This document shows positions 34,775 through 47,697 of a stretch of DNA of 64,000 nucleotides, one piece after another. The stretch spans positions 1,178,001-1,242,000 of the forward strand of contig JBNJNM010000011.1 in assembly GCA_052426225.1 (NCBI GenBank). Reading direction: 5' to 3'. The DNA comes from Zancudomyces culisetae HAW-14-8. Taxonomy: Eukaryota; Fungi; Kickxellomycota. The notes beneath the pieces were generated by a model. That model was not told the DNA's origin, ran no database searches, and saw only the letters and a list, made by a program, of their open reading frames with translations. Position 1 is the stretch's first letter; each line of letters starts with the position of its first letter. The translations under genes and the position numbers were made by a program.

Positions 34775-37473
34775 AAAATATATATATCCCACCAAAGAAG
34801 CTCCTTGCTTGTTGTTTATTTTTAGTTGTGTTATGTTTACTACTATTCTGGTAAAGGTGTGTGAGTTGGTAGTTGCCAAATATTTCAGTACGCCTTTTCG
34901 CTGTATTTACCCTTTGTTATGCATACACACACAATCTTTTTAGTCTGTGAGTTGTAGTCTGAGCTTTTAAATATCTGAAAAATAAATGCAGTTTATCTTT
35001 TATTTAAGGTAACGCCAGTGTTGTTAAAAGCTATTATTTTTTTCTTTTGGTACACAATGCGTGGAGCTTGGTGTTGTAGCTGGAAATTAATCCACTCCAT
35101 AACCTCAAAGCCCATGTAGATTGCATTTATTGGTAGCTTTTCAGTAGTAAAAGCCAATTTGGATACTCCCAATTTGCTACTCTCAATTAATTCCTTTGAA
35201 TTATTATTTTTTTATATTTTAGTTGTGTTGGTTTATTTCAAGGGTGGCCAGGGAAATCAGCACCAATTAGCCAATAGTTACCATTGCTGCTCCAGAATCC
35301 CAAAAAAGAACAGAAAAATGCGCAAAGTTACTCGTCGGCCATTTTTTTTCTTCTTTTTTTGAACACATTACAATGATGTGATATTTGTTTGTTTAATGTT
35401 TTAAATTGAATAAAGTGCAAATTGCTGACAAACCAAATACTTACAAATTTCCATTTCAGACTTGGAATTAAAACAGAATGACAAAAGCACATCTCTAGAA
35501 AATGCTGACTTTTAATTCTTTGCACTTATCACTTAACAATGTTTCTTTGATTCGCCATCTTATCCATAAATAGACATTGAGATTAGCACCAATGTTTGGG
35601 ATGTATCTAGCAGATATTACCCAGTAGTATCTTTAACCATTAACCAATTGGCCAAGCATCAACCGGACACTACTTTATGTAGTGACTTGGTTTTTGCGTG
35701 TTGGTTGCATTGCCCTCCCCTCAGAAGGCAGAAAGTTATGAATTTTACAAGACTTTCTCGCTTTTCAATATGGAGTTAACCTCTCGATAAATATCGAGAA
35801 GGTACATTGTGAATGCAAAACTCTTGCTAGACATAGCTAAATAATACCCATATAGTCTCCTGCAAAACCCTGCGCAACGCCAGAACCCAACACAAATGTA
35901 GTGAATGCTGCCTTGTCTTGCGTATACTACAGCCTTAGCGAATGTGCTGGAGTGAGTGGGGTTTCCTGCAATTTATTTTAGTCTTTTTACAATGATTATA
36001 TAATAAATTCAGGGTGTTACCCACACTTTATCAATTTTAAAGATTTTCTTAAAAAGGCGCATTTCTTACACCAAAGCTATCATTTCGAAGTACCTGAGAT
36101 TTCTTAAAAGACTAAAAACTCGTCTTTTTCCCAGAGGACCAAAGATAAGTTTATAGTTCACAATATTCACAGCAAAATTTAAATGTGATGCTGCAAGGCT
36201 GGTCGAACTTGCCACTTCGCCATCCACACAACACTATTATATTTACATTGGCTTGAGCTTTTCATCAATACTAATATTAATCTGCATTTTGAGCTCGAGT
36301 ACAGCAAGCAACGCTAATACTGAATATACGATCATTATCATGGCCATACAAAACACAAAAGTGTGTCTAATACATATGCTCCCATATTCATATCTTATAC
36401 CCACAACTTGCTCAAAAGAGGTTATTGAACTTATAGTGGGTGCAAAGTCGAGCTAATTCAATTCAACGTGTCCAGACACACATCACAGGTGCAGATTAAT
36501 GAATGGTTTTTTTTGGTACAACCAGTTTCAAAAAGAAATAATTTCCAATCATTTTTGTTAACATAAAAAAATTTTTTTTGACAGGCTAAATTCAATCAGT
36601 GTTAAAGCAAAATGATTGAGCAATTTCTCGGATATTATGAACCTGTTCACATAAATTGAGCATTTTCTAGGTCGCGCAATATGGACTCGTTATTATGTAT
36701 TCAATTGGCTTATACCCACAACACAATACAAAAAATGAGATCGGTGCTAGGTGGAATAGAAAGCAGAGAAAAAATATTTAGATGGTGTTTAAGATTATTT
36801 CTATACCTTTTTCATTGTATCTTGACTGTTTAGTGTATGCGATGTGCTTTTTTCTAACCTATTAAGGCTCCCTTTTATATTAGATTCTTTAAAACCATAA
36901 CATTTACACATCTTTATCTGCTCAACTATTTTTTAATCCACTTGTATACCCTCCAAAAATTAATTAAAAAAAAAGATTAGGGCTGGAAAAGGCATTTATT
37001 TTTCAATATGGTAATTGCTAAAACAACAGAATTAGCCATTATAAAGTAAAAAATTTTTAAAAAAAAGAAAAAGAAAAAAGAAAAAAAACAAAAAACAAAA
37101 GGATAAAAAAATAAAATAAACTAAAACAATTGCAGTTACCAAACTAATTTTCTTTCAAATCTGTATTTTTTTCACGTTAACAGTTCATACAACCTTTACC
37201 AAAGCTTTTCTCTTTTTTTCTTGGTATATTTAGCTCTGATATAATACTTTTGTTGTTACCATAACATTAGTGTACAAACATAAAGAGCAAAAACTGAACT
37301 GACTTGGATACTTCTCAACTTGTATTTACTCTGGAATACTAATAAAAGTGGGAAGGTAAACCAGTGCTAAATTTGAAAAGATCGAAAAACGCTTTTCGAA
37401 TAAATTACAATACAGGACAATAAAAATAATCCCATAGATAAAACGGCCAAGAACATATAAAAAAACAACAAAG

Positions 37474-39018
37474 ATGAGCGGAGGCGGACCAGTGTACGAT
37501 AAGTACGAAAAATCGATTTCAAGAGTTTACCCGGATGTAAATTCGAAAATGCCAGAATCTTACTGGAATTATGACAATATCCAGTTTGATTGGGGGTCAC
37601 AAGACAAATACGAAATAATCCGCAAAGTTGGAAGGGGAAAATACTCTGAAGTATTTGAGGGGATAGATATTAGCAATAGCAATAAATGTATCATCAAGGT
37701 GTTGAAACCTGTTAAAAAGAAAAAGATCAAGAGAGAAATCAAGATTATGCAAAATTTGTCAGGTGGACCCTGTATAATTCAGCTGCTGGATGTGGTGCGC
37801 GATCCTCAGGTAAGTTTTGATTATCTACCCTCTTAAGCCTTTCTTTGTAGTTGGCTCATATTTAATTCACAATGTACTATGGATATGTTGAAAGTGAATA
37901 GTAACATAGGGTAACATAACATATAAATATAGTCAAAAACCCCTGCACTGATATCAGAGTTTGTAAACAACACTGACTTCAAAATCCTATACCCAACCTT
38001 GACTGATCTTGAAGTTCGCTATTACATTTTCGAGCTGTTAAAGGTAAATTTGATCGCCATTGCTATTGCCACTACCATTTTGACATTCTCATTCATAATT
38101 CTTTCACCAACAGATAATTGTTTAAAATTGTCATTTTAAAATCGAACATTAACAATAAAACTAAAAGAAAGGGGAAAGAAACCAATCTAATCAATTTATC
38201 TATTAATAGGCTCTTGACTACGCACATTCAAAAGGAATTATGCACAGAGACGTGAAGCCTCACAATGTGATGATTGATCATGAAAACCGCAAGGTATTTA
38301 CTCATTATTGAAATAACTAAAAAAAAATTTATATTGAAATGTTACAGTGCTAACTATAAACGCGATTGAAATGTTGCTAGCTGCGGCTAATTGACTGGGG
38401 TTTGGCCGAATTCTACCACCCAGGCATGGGATACAACGTCAGGGTTGCTTCCAGATACTTTAAAGGCCCTGAACTTTTGGTCGATTTTGGGTACTATGAC
38501 TACTCGCTTGATATGTGGAGTCTTGGATGTATGTTTGCATCAATGATTTTCCGCAAGGAGCCCTTCTTCCACGGTCACGACAATTACGATCAACTTGTCA
38601 AGATAGCAAAAGTATTGGGTACCAAAGGTTTGTTTGCCTACCTTGACAAGTATGACCTTGAGCTTGACAGTCGCTACGAATCTTTGCTCGGAAACTATCC
38701 TCGCAAGCCCTGGAATGAATTTATTTCAACTGAAAACCAACGTTATATCTCTCCTGAATCTGTTGATTTTCTTGATCGCCTTCTGCGTTATGATCACCAA
38801 GAAAGACTCACTGCCAAGGAGGCAATGACACACCCTTATTTTGGTAAGCTTTTTCTATATTTTTCATGTGTTGCCACTCGACAGAAATAAGTAACCTACT
38901 ACTTGTTAATTTAAGAGTTGTGTACTTGCTGTATGTATATATGTTTATTTGATAGCTAATTTGATTATTTATACTGCTATATGTTTTTTTAGATCCGGTC
39001 CGTCCTAGTGGAAATTAG
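37474..39018 (+). CDS. CKA1: Casein kinase II alpha catalytic subunit; 5 exons
   Basis: [69 protein letters not shown]; last short exon ends DPVRPSGN*. Confidence 0.97.
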
Positions 39019-39658
39019 ATTTAACCTTGGATTTTATTTTCCAATTTTTATTTTTGTCCCTACTGTCCTGTTTTTTACTAACTATATATATTAAATAACC
39101 ATACCACCTTTTTTTATTTCGGCGCTGAGAGAGTTAACAAAGCCAGAGTAGTAATATTAAAAGGACATTGAAAATTAGTTTATATGACTCAAAATTTTTT
39201 AAAGATACAACCAGGTTGTAGGCGCACCAAGCTTAGTTTCATATTTATAAGAGATAACCAGTGGGATTTGAGTGCTAGATACTTTCAACCAAAGGCGTAC
39301 AAAATTATTGGTGAAATAACGTATAATTTTATCAGCTCTTGAGCACTAAGATTTAGTTACAAGATAGCAAACTCAAGCGTAGTTTCATTAGTATTACAAC
39401 TCTGGAAATTGAAATATGATGCACGATTGTTGAGTTAGCCAAGAGAGAGTTACAGACGGTGCTGTAGGTTGATTTATGGTAATAACAACTTCACACCGTT
39501 ATCATGGCTAAGGGTATTCATCTCAACTGTATAGCAAATAATCGTGTTATACCACCGTTACAATAGTTGATACAACCTAATTTCAACCAATAAAAAATAA
39601 AATTATGCTGATCTCAAAACATTGTATATTATATTTTAAAACCTTTGCCAAAAAAGTT

Positions 39659-39730
39659 GGCCTAATGGTCTAGCAGTATGATTCTCCGTTCGGGTCGGAG
39701 AGGTCCCGGGTTCAATTCCCGGTTAGGCCC
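39659..39730 (+). tRNA. tRNA-Pro (anticodon CGG), intronless
   Basis: Acceptor stem GGCCTAA/TTAGGCC, anticodon arm CTCCG-TTCGGGT-CGGAG, T-arm CCGGG-TTCAATT-CCCGG, followed by TTTT. Confidence 0.92.
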
Positions 39731-40338
39731 CATTTTGCCTAATTTTTTGTGTGTTTTACATATGTATTAATCATAATATAATCCATGTCTTGACATGGGT
39801 CTTTAACATATATATTTAGTACATTTTGAAAGAACATTTTAGCATTTTTTTTTTCTAGTTGAAAGCTATTCTGCGGCTAATTGGCATAACTGGGCCAGAG
39901 TGTTTGTAATCAAGTACAAAACCGATCAATTTAGTTTTTGTTTTCATATATCCCCAAACCGAGCAAAAAGTACGCTACATTAGTAATCAAATCCAGACAT
40001 ATCAAGGTAGTGTTGCCTCAGTGCTAGTTAAAAGTTCCAACTGTTTCCATATTCCCCTTTCATTTAGCTACCTTTCTCTTTTACTGCAAACTCAAATATC
40101 ACAGGATTATGTGAGATCATTCGAGTGAAAAAAGTATAAAAAAATTTTTTCCATGACCATATCTGATTTGTAATTAATACTTAAAGGACACGAAACCAGC
40201 CTGCTTCCTGTTCAACTGATTCGCACTGCGAGTGGTTCATTATTTGAATTTTTTTTTCCAACTTTTTTGTACTTTGTCTACATAATATACCATCACTTAT
40301 TCAACGCAATAAGGTAAAAAAAACTAATTAATAGAAAA

Positions 40339-43245
40339 ATGGGATTTGAAGTAGAGCTAGCCGTAGCTATTGGGCAGACTAAACAGGATATTCAAAACTT
40401 GTTTTCGAATGAATCTGCTATAGAAACGGAATGTCTCTTCGAAACTCTTCAGAGTAAAGGGGTTGAGGAAGTTTTGAAATCGAGTGAGAGCAGGGAATTG
40501 CTTGGATGTGATGAAGTTGCCGATTTCAAGCTAGATTTTACCGAAACACAAAAAAGCGACAATGTTTTAAAGCAGTATATTGAGTATCTGGACTTCAGGA
40601 TTGAACGCACACTGAGTAAATACGGAAATACTGGTGGGTGGAACCGCATCGTTGCTATAGGCGTGGCTTGTTTGAATGCGTTTGTACAAGCAAACTTTAC
40701 TGGTCCTGAGCTGACCTTCGAATCAAGTTCACTGTTACCGAAGGGTTTGATTGAAGCCTCTAATCCTAAAGGCCAGGAGGGTAATTTGCAAAGCAATCCA
40801 GACAGTATGGATGTTGAGAAAAGCAACAAAGCTGTAGAAATTACCGGCCTTGAGAAATTGAATCTATTTTTGATAAACATACTTGGCGTATCAGGGGAAA
40901 TGGTCTATGGAAAAATGAAAGAACCATTGCTATTGTTTCTAAGTTTATATTTACTTGTCAAAACTGTTAAAGAGGACGAAAATGTACATGAAAAGGCAAA
41001 CGAGGAAAAATCTAAAGATGTATATCAAAGTCTATTAGTGGAACAATGGATCGATCAAGACATTGATGTCAACAGGTATAAACAACGGAATCAAGCAGTG
41101 CTGACATCAATTTGGTGGATGACTAGAAGTATTAGAGTTCTTCAGTCGGTTCTTGATGAGAGAGTAGGGAAACTTATGGATGTTACCGAAAAGTATTATG
41201 ATTTATTGGAAGGATATCTATTTTCAGCTGAGGCTATCAGCAACAGTGGGTTGGAGTGCTATGAGAAACTACTAAATAAGGCAAAAGCATATTATAGCCT
41301 AGAGCGCGCATTATTGTACCAATATTACGGAAAAAATAAGCAAGCTAGCGAATGGCTTAGAAAATCTCAGGCTGAAAGCGGACTCAAATGGAAGATTACA
41401 GGAATTAAGGGCAAAAGAACAAAGTTCCAAGAGTTCAGTATCTCACAACTAGTGGTTTTGGCAAAAAGCAGCAACGATGATGACTTATTGGCCAAAAAGA
41501 CCGATAAACCTAAAGTTGTACCAACATTACCATTAAATGATGATACACTGCTTGAACAGATAGAGTTTGAAGTACCAGATAACAGAAAAGCAAGTGTAAT
41601 CGACGAGAACAGTGCCGCTGATATGGATGCTGATGATACTGATCTTGATGAATCTACAGCAAGTAAAGATAATATCAAAGTTTTGGATCAATGCATCCTT
41701 CTGGCATTCTGTCTAGAAGTAAGAAATGAAAATCCTGACCATGGAATTACCATCGAACAAATGACCCCATTTGTTACCAGGGTTTTGGAAAATCCAAACA
41801 ACTGGACGGTTCATTCTGCGGCATTGCTACAAAGATCTAGACTCGAGTCAAAGAATTCTAGAAAAGTCGAACGCTCAGTTCTCCAGTTGCAAGCACTAGC
41901 AGACCAGATGGACACATTCAATACCGGAGACGCTGACGCCTCGGAAAGACTTGCATATTTTTATGCAGTCTCTGTTCCAAGCTCGTGGAGGATAAAGAAA
42001 GAACTTGCTAACGCCATGGCATCGGTTGGCGCTATCCGCACAGCATTAGAAATATATACAAAACTGGAACTATGGGATGAGATGATCTCCTGTTACCAGT
42101 TGCTGGAGCAGCCAGAAGTTGCCGAAAGGCTCGTTAGGGACAGACTTGAATCATTTCCTACAGATCCCAAACTGTGGTGTATTTTAGGCGATCTGAAGCA
42201 GGATCCTTCTCAATGGGAAAAGGCCTGGGAAGTTTCGGGAAATCGATTTACACGTGCCATGCGTAGTCTTGGGGGCTACTACTTCAAAGCGGGAAAGATG
42301 CAAGACTGTATCAACTCCTACAAGCTCGCGCTTAAGCTTAACCCCTTATTTGAAGGATCCTGGTACACTATGGGCTGCGCCGCCTTGCAAATGGAGGACT
42401 GGGAACAGGCTGTACAAGCATTCCAACATGTTGTTCAGCTGGACTACGAAAACGCAGAGGCATGGAATAACCTGGCTAGTGTATATCTAAAAACTCAAGA
42501 CAAAAAGTTTGAGGCTTGGAATTGTTTGAGAGAGGCGCTCAAATTCAAGTATGATTCGTGGCAAATATGGTACAACTTTTTGGTTACATCTATCTCAATT
42601 GGTAGATTTGCTTCCGCATTGCAAGCTATGCAGCGGATTATCGACCTGCGCGTTGAAATTGATGGTGCGAATTGTATTGACATTGAAATGCTTGACATAA
42701 TAATTGCAGCCGTGACTCAACAACATCCTCTGGTATCAAATACGAGCCCTACGCATGAACGCATTGAGAAGAGAACTTTTTACTTGTCTACTGCGATTGA
42801 ACACTTACTGGTTAATACTATTGCTACCAGAATTACAGATTCGCCGAAACTATGGAGAATCATCGCAGATTTTTGGCTTTGGAAATCAGACTACAAGTCT
42901 TGTCTAGATTGTTACGAAAAGGCATACAGGTGCATTGTGATCCGTCCAGAAGTTGCCCACTCTTCGGATGTATTTGATGAGGCTGTTACGTATCTAATGC
43001 TGTTGGTCGACATGTACAAAACTCTAGGACCCAAATCAATTCTGTTGTCTTTGGATTCCATTCTTGAATCAGCTTCTGAACACGCCCCCAAATCTCGCGC
43101 TACCAGCTCTCTGGTTTGTCCCAATTACAAGTCCAAAGCCATGATGGCAGTGAAGGGTTTAGTAGCTAGAGGAAAATCCAACTTTGAAGATACCCAAAAC
43201 TACAATAAGTTGGAACAACTTTTAGAAGAAATTGGTTCCTGGTAG
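40339..43245 (+). CDS. EMW1: TPR protein EMW1/TTC27
   Basis: AFVQANFTGP, GKRTKFQ...QLV, NWTVHSAALLQRSRLE..VERSVLQLQAL, WEVSGNRFTRAMRSLG, several TPR repeats. Confidence 0.92.
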   Translation: MGFEVELAVAIGQTKQDIQNLFSNESAIETECLFETLQSKGVEEVLKSSESRELLGCDEVADFKLDFTETQKSDNVLKQYIEYLDFRIERTLSKYGNTGGWNRIVAIGVACLNAFVQANFTGPELTFESSSLLPKGLIEASNPKGQEGNLQSNPDSMDVEKSNKAVEITGLEKLNLFLINILGVSGEMVYGKMKEPLLLFLSLYLLVKTVKEDENVHEKANEEKSKDVYQSLLVEQWIDQDIDVNRYKQRNQAVLTSIWWMTRSIRVLQSVLDERVGKLMDVTEKYYDLLEGYLFSAEAISNSGLECYEKLLNKAKAYYSLERALLYQYYGKNKQASEWLRKSQAESGLKWKITGIKGKRTKFQEFSISQLVVLAKSSNDDDLLAKKTDKPKVVPTLPLNDDTLLEQIEFEVPDNRKASVIDENSAADMDADDTDLDESTASKDNIKVLDQCILLAFCLEVRNENPDHGITIEQMTPFVTRVLENPNNWTVHSAALLQRSRLESKNSRKVERSVLQLQALADQMDTFNTGDADASERLAYFYAVSVPSSWRIKKELANAMASVGAIRTALEIYTKLELWDEMISCYQLLEQPEVAERLVRDRLESFPTDPKLWCILGDLKQDPSQWEKAWEVSGNRFTRAMRSLGGYYFKAGKMQDCINSYKLALKLNPLFEGSWYTMGCAALQMEDWEQAVQAFQHVVQLDYENAEAWNNLASVYLKTQDKKFEAWNCLREALKFKYDSWQIWYNFLVTSISIGRFASALQAMQRIIDLRVEIDGANCIDIEMLDIIIAAVTQQHPLVSNTSPTHERIEKRTFYLSTAIEHLLVNTIATRITDSPKLWRIIADFWLWKSDYKSCLDCYEKAYRCIVIRPEVAHSSDVFDEAVTYLMLLVDMYKTLGPKSILLSLDSILESASEHAPKSRATSSLVCPNYKSKAMMAVKGLVARGKSNFEDTQNYNKLEQLLEEIGSW

Positions 43246-43517
43246 CTCTGCTTCGCTGCCACAACATTATTATCCACCAATTTATTTATCATTTATAAAT
43301 CCGTTCGGTAACACCGATTTATGTCCCTTCTCGTGGACTTGTTTATTTCTTGATACGTACGCATATTAGATATCTAGCACGTTTAATAATTGTTTAAAAA
43401 TCACAATATATTAATATCGAAAACTTAAATAAGGTTTTAAATTAGCCTAACATGACTTTTCAGTAGACTTGTCTACTTTTATTTACACCAGAGAATAAGT
43501 TAACTTTAATATTGAAC

Positions 43518-46500
43518 TTAATCCTGACCAGCTTCGCTGTTTTCGCTATTCTCGGCGCTTTCAGTGGAGGAACCAGCGTTTTCGCTACTTTCTCCATCAC
43601 CACCACCAAGGTTCACCGATCCTCCTTCACTCTCGCTAGCACTTGATGACCCCTCGCTACTTTCGCTAGCACTTGATGACCCCTCGCTACTTTCGCTAGC
43701 ACTTGATGATTCCTCGCTACTTTCGCTGGCACTTGATGATTCCTCGCTACTTTCGCTAACACTTGATGATGCCTCACTACTTTCAGCGGTTGCAGTGGGT
43801 GAACCAGAATCTTGGCTGCTTTCTCCATCACCACCACCAAGATTTACCGACCCTCCTTCACTTTCGCTAGCACTTGATGATGCCTCGCTACTTTCGCTGG
43901 CACTTGATGATGCCTCACTACTTTCAGCGGTTGCAGTGGGTGAACCAGAATCTTGGCTGCCATCTCCATCACCACCACCTAGGTTCACCGATCCTCCTTC
44001 ACTTTCGCTGGCACTTGATGATCCCTCGCTACTTTCAGCGGTTGCAGTGGGTGAACCAGAATCTTGGCTGCCTTCTCCATCACCACCACCTAGGTTCACC
44101 GATCCTCCTTCACTTTCGCTGGCACTTGATGATCCCTCGCTACTTTCAGCAGTTGCAGTGGGTGAGCCGGAACCTTGACTACCTTCGCTGGCATTTGATG
44201 ACGCCTCACTACTTTCAGCGGTTGCTGTAGATGAGCCAGAATCTTGGCTGCCTTCTCCATCACCACCACCTAGGTTCACCGATCCTCCTTCACTTTCGCT
44301 GGCACTTGATGATCCCCCGCTACTTTCGCTGGCACTTGATGATACCTCGCTACTTTCAGCAGTTGCGGTGGAGGAACCGGAATCTTGGTTAGTTTTGCTG
44401 GCACCTGATGGCCCTACGTTACTCTCGGTAGTTTTGCTAGCTTCTTGGATACTATCACTACCAGGTTCACTCTTCTGAGTATTACCGGATGTGGTAGTAG
44501 ATGCTATATCGGTATTTGCGTTTTCAGAAATACTGTTGCTGACATTTTCGCTGGTAGATGCATTACTTTTCGAACTATCAGTGGACATGGCTATGTTTGT
44601 ATTTGTAGTTGTGCTTGTAATCAACCAAGTAACTACACTTGTTATAGCACCATCCGCTTTGCTAGTCAAAGGTGTTTCGGTGCCAAGAGAGGCACTGCTG
44701 GAGCTTTCTATTATACTGTCCTTGCTTGTAGAAACAAGACTAGATGGAGATTGCTCATCTGTGCTTGTAATTTCTATTTATAAATTTCAATAAACACAGT
44801 TAGAGCTTGTTTTTCCAGTATAGGATGCTTTATTAAAAACACTTTATAGTAAGGTTGTAAATATAAACTATAAGCTACATGCTTTTACACAAGTATACTT
44901 GTGTCTTTAATCTTGCTAGTAGTCCTTTTTTTTATAAATCTTAGTAAATTTGGTCTATCAAGCTATAATAACGACTATATTCTTACTATTATCGCCTTTA
45001 GCTGCATTTGCTACACTGATTGTTGTTGGAGAAGTGGAGGTAATAGTAGGACTACTGGCAGAAGTGGGTGATGCATCGCCGACTTCGTTTCCTTGTACCT
45101 TTTCAGCGCTTCCTGTAGATGTGGTATCCAAAGTCTGGCTTTGTTCGGCTGTTGAGCTTTCCAAGGATGTAGCTGGTGAATCTGCACTTGCCGCAGTTGT
45201 GGAAGAAGATGCATCACCGACTTCGTTTCCTTGTACCTTTTCAGCGCTTTCTGTAGATGTGGTATCCAAAGTCTGGCTTTGTTCGGCTGTTGAGCTTTCT
45301 AGGGATGTAGTTGGTGAATCTGCACTTGCCGCAGTTGTAGAAGACGATGCATCGCCGACTTCGTTTCCTTGTACCTTTTCAGCACCTGCCGCGGTTGTGG
45401 AAGAAGATGCATTTGCCATGCTGCTAGTACCTTGGCTAGATGAACGAAGTTCGCTATATAACGAGTTTATTGTACTCATTACTAGATTTGAGTTCGTTTG
45501 TGTCGAATCTGAGTTTATTTGAGAGGGTGCGTTTTGGGTGGCAGTATCCGCTGATCCGTTTGAAGTGCTGGCACTTGGAGCATTTCCTACAGTAATAGTG
45601 GTTGTTGAGGTTGTAAATACTGTCACAACATCAAGGTTAGAATTTGGTGATGAGGCTGAACTAACAGAGCTTGCGCTACTCATACCATCTGCGGCTGTAG
45701 GTGTAGCAGGCATAGTGGGAGACGTTTCTTCGTCATCTTGTTGCTTTTGAAAGTAATCTGCTTCATTTATTGCTAGTGTAGGTGGTATCAACTGGGCATC
45801 CTCCATCACATTGTATTCATTATCAGCATGAATGTAGTCGAGATTTACTTCAGAGCTAGCCAAAAGTTCGAATCTAGCATTCTCAGCATTGCTTATATCT
45901 TGCATTGGTGGTATCAACTGGGCATCCTCCATCACGTTGTATTCATTATCAGCATGGATGTACTCGGGATTTACTTCAGAGCTAGCCAAAAGTTCAAATC
46001 TAGCATTCTCAGCATTGCTTATATCCTGCATTGGTGGTATCAACTGGGCATCCTCCATCACATTGTATTCATCACCAAGGTGTTCCTGCATATTACCATC
46101 CCATGCATTATTCAGAACGTCAACAGTAGTGTCCTCGCTTATCCCGTAAGCTGAGAATGGATCCTCGTGACTATCAGCACGTTTTTTTAGAGTTGGGTTT
46201 ACAGGAGGTGATTTTTGCAGGCTCTGTGAACTCATTGTGACAGATGCCTGTTGTGCTGTAGTTGACTTTCCTTCTACATGGGTTTCTACCTTAATTGAAA
46301 CCACAGTCTCATGAATTTTTTTCTGTCCCCAGTGGGAGTTGTTTAGCTTTGGTGTTGGCAAGCTACTGCGGTTGGTACCTGTTTTTTTGGTTTGTATACT
46401 TTTAATTGGTCTAGATTTCGCACCACCTTTTCCGCGCAACTTGTCCTTATGCTGAGGTTTGCCAGAGACTTGAGTGTAAGTATTGGGTTTTTTTGAAGAA

Positions 46501-46706
46501 ACCATGCCGATGGTTGGTGGTGTACTTTTGGAAACACTAGCATCAGCCCCGGCGGTTTGTGAAACTCCTGAAGTCATACTGAGTATATCCGCTGGGGTAG
46601 CGCCTGCTATGCTCAGGGAAATAAATGCAATCGCCAGTATGCTGATCATTTTTTTCATACATGAATTGTTGCGTTTCATTGGTTGAGTGTTGTTGTTGGT
46701 GTTCAT
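43518..46706 (-). CDS. Large (~990 aa) secreted Ser/Thr/Glu/Gly-rich multi-repeat protein of unknown function; 2 exons (44987-46706, 43518-44773)
   Basis: ORFs 44958-46769 and 43518-44669 join in frame via an intron at 44774-44986 (GTAAGA donor, CTAAC branch, TAG acceptor). Signal-like MKKMISILAIAFISLSIAGA; no C-terminal GPI or TM segment. The start ATG could be one of the downstream Mets. Confidence 0.8.
43560..44390 (-). repeat. Coding tandem repeats: 111-bp (37 aa, SSSASESEGGSVNLGGGDGEGSQDSGSPTATAESSEG) and 30-bp (SSSASESSEG) units
   Basis: Near-identical nucleotide copies visible. Confidence 0.92.
45070..45412 (-). repeat. 138-bp (46 aa) coding tandem repeat x~2.5
   Basis: GATGCATC(G/A)CCGACTTCGTTTCCTTGTACC recurs at 45070, 45208 and 45346. 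Confidence 0.9.
45781..46075 (-). repeat. 126-bp (42 aa) coding tandem repeat x~2.3 (EYNVMEDAQLIPPMQDISNAENARFELLASSEVNPEYIHADN)
   Basis: TGGTATCAACTGGGCATCCTCCATCAC recurs with a 126-bp period. Confidence 0.9.
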
Positions 46707-47697
46707 TTTGTCTATAGATGCTTTATGTTTACTCTTGTGTGTTGTGTCTATGATTATGAGCTTAAGCACGTGATATGTTTTATAGGACAGTTAGTAGTGT
46801 GTTCAGGATTGAAAAATGTAAAAGTTAAAAGTTAAGTTGACTATGTTTTTATGTGTTTTTGTAGTTGTGTTGTTTTATTTGTGCTTTTCTATGCTTTTGT
46901 TAGCTTATTGAAAATGAGACTTTATAATAGAAGAACAATGAATCTAAATCTGGTTTTAGGTATATTTTGTAATTTTCAGCTCTCTTGAACAGCTTATATA
47001 TATTTTTTCTATTTCTTTTTTAAAAAAATGAAAATAAACACTAAATTTAAAATCTTGCTTTAGCCTGAGCGCCCACAAACTGGTAGATTAAACAGATACT
47101 TTATTCCTTTGGAATAGCATCAATGAATATACAAGTCTTCCATGGTCCAAATGTAAATGCTTGAAACAACGAGCGGCACTTCATAGCTTTTACTACGGAT
47201 GCCACTACAAACAATAGCAAGTTTAGGTATTCAAATGATTTACGCTGCCAGTCGCTGTGTTTTTTGGTTCTTATCCTCAAATATCATTTTGATATTGCAT
47301 GAATCATGGCTGTATTTAATTTTTGTTGTAATTAGTTTATATCTTTATTTTTTTTGAAGCCCACAAATTCATTTCCGTTAAATGATCTGATCGAAATTCA
47401 AAAAACTAGGAAAGTGGATAATTAATAGCAAAATTAGGCGATTTGCAAATTTTAATTTGCCAATGAATTGTTAAGCCAAGTAGGAGAGTTCACGGCTCAT
47501 TAGTTCATTAGATCATTCATGTTTATGTGGAGAAAAAAGGTGGATAATAGCAAATGGGTAGCTTTAATCCATACATAAATGTGAAGTAAAAATAGGGGGG
47601 GGGCGGGATACTTCAATTGGGATTTATTGTAGATACAGATACACTCAAATCTAGAAAAAACTACAAGAAAGAAATCCAAAATCTTTGTAAAAGTAAG

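Noticed and set aside
43560-44390. CRISPR-like repeat array
   Set aside because: Repeats are in-frame coding units with no unique spacers; eukaryotic context and no cas genes.
44887-44904. 18-bp perfect palindrome in the repeat-protein intron
   Set aside because: One such palindrome is unsurprising in 64 kb of AT-rich DNA.
43564-46154. Long + strand repeat ORFs (LSLALDD... etc.)
   Set aside because: Antisense frames of the repetitive secreted-protein gene.
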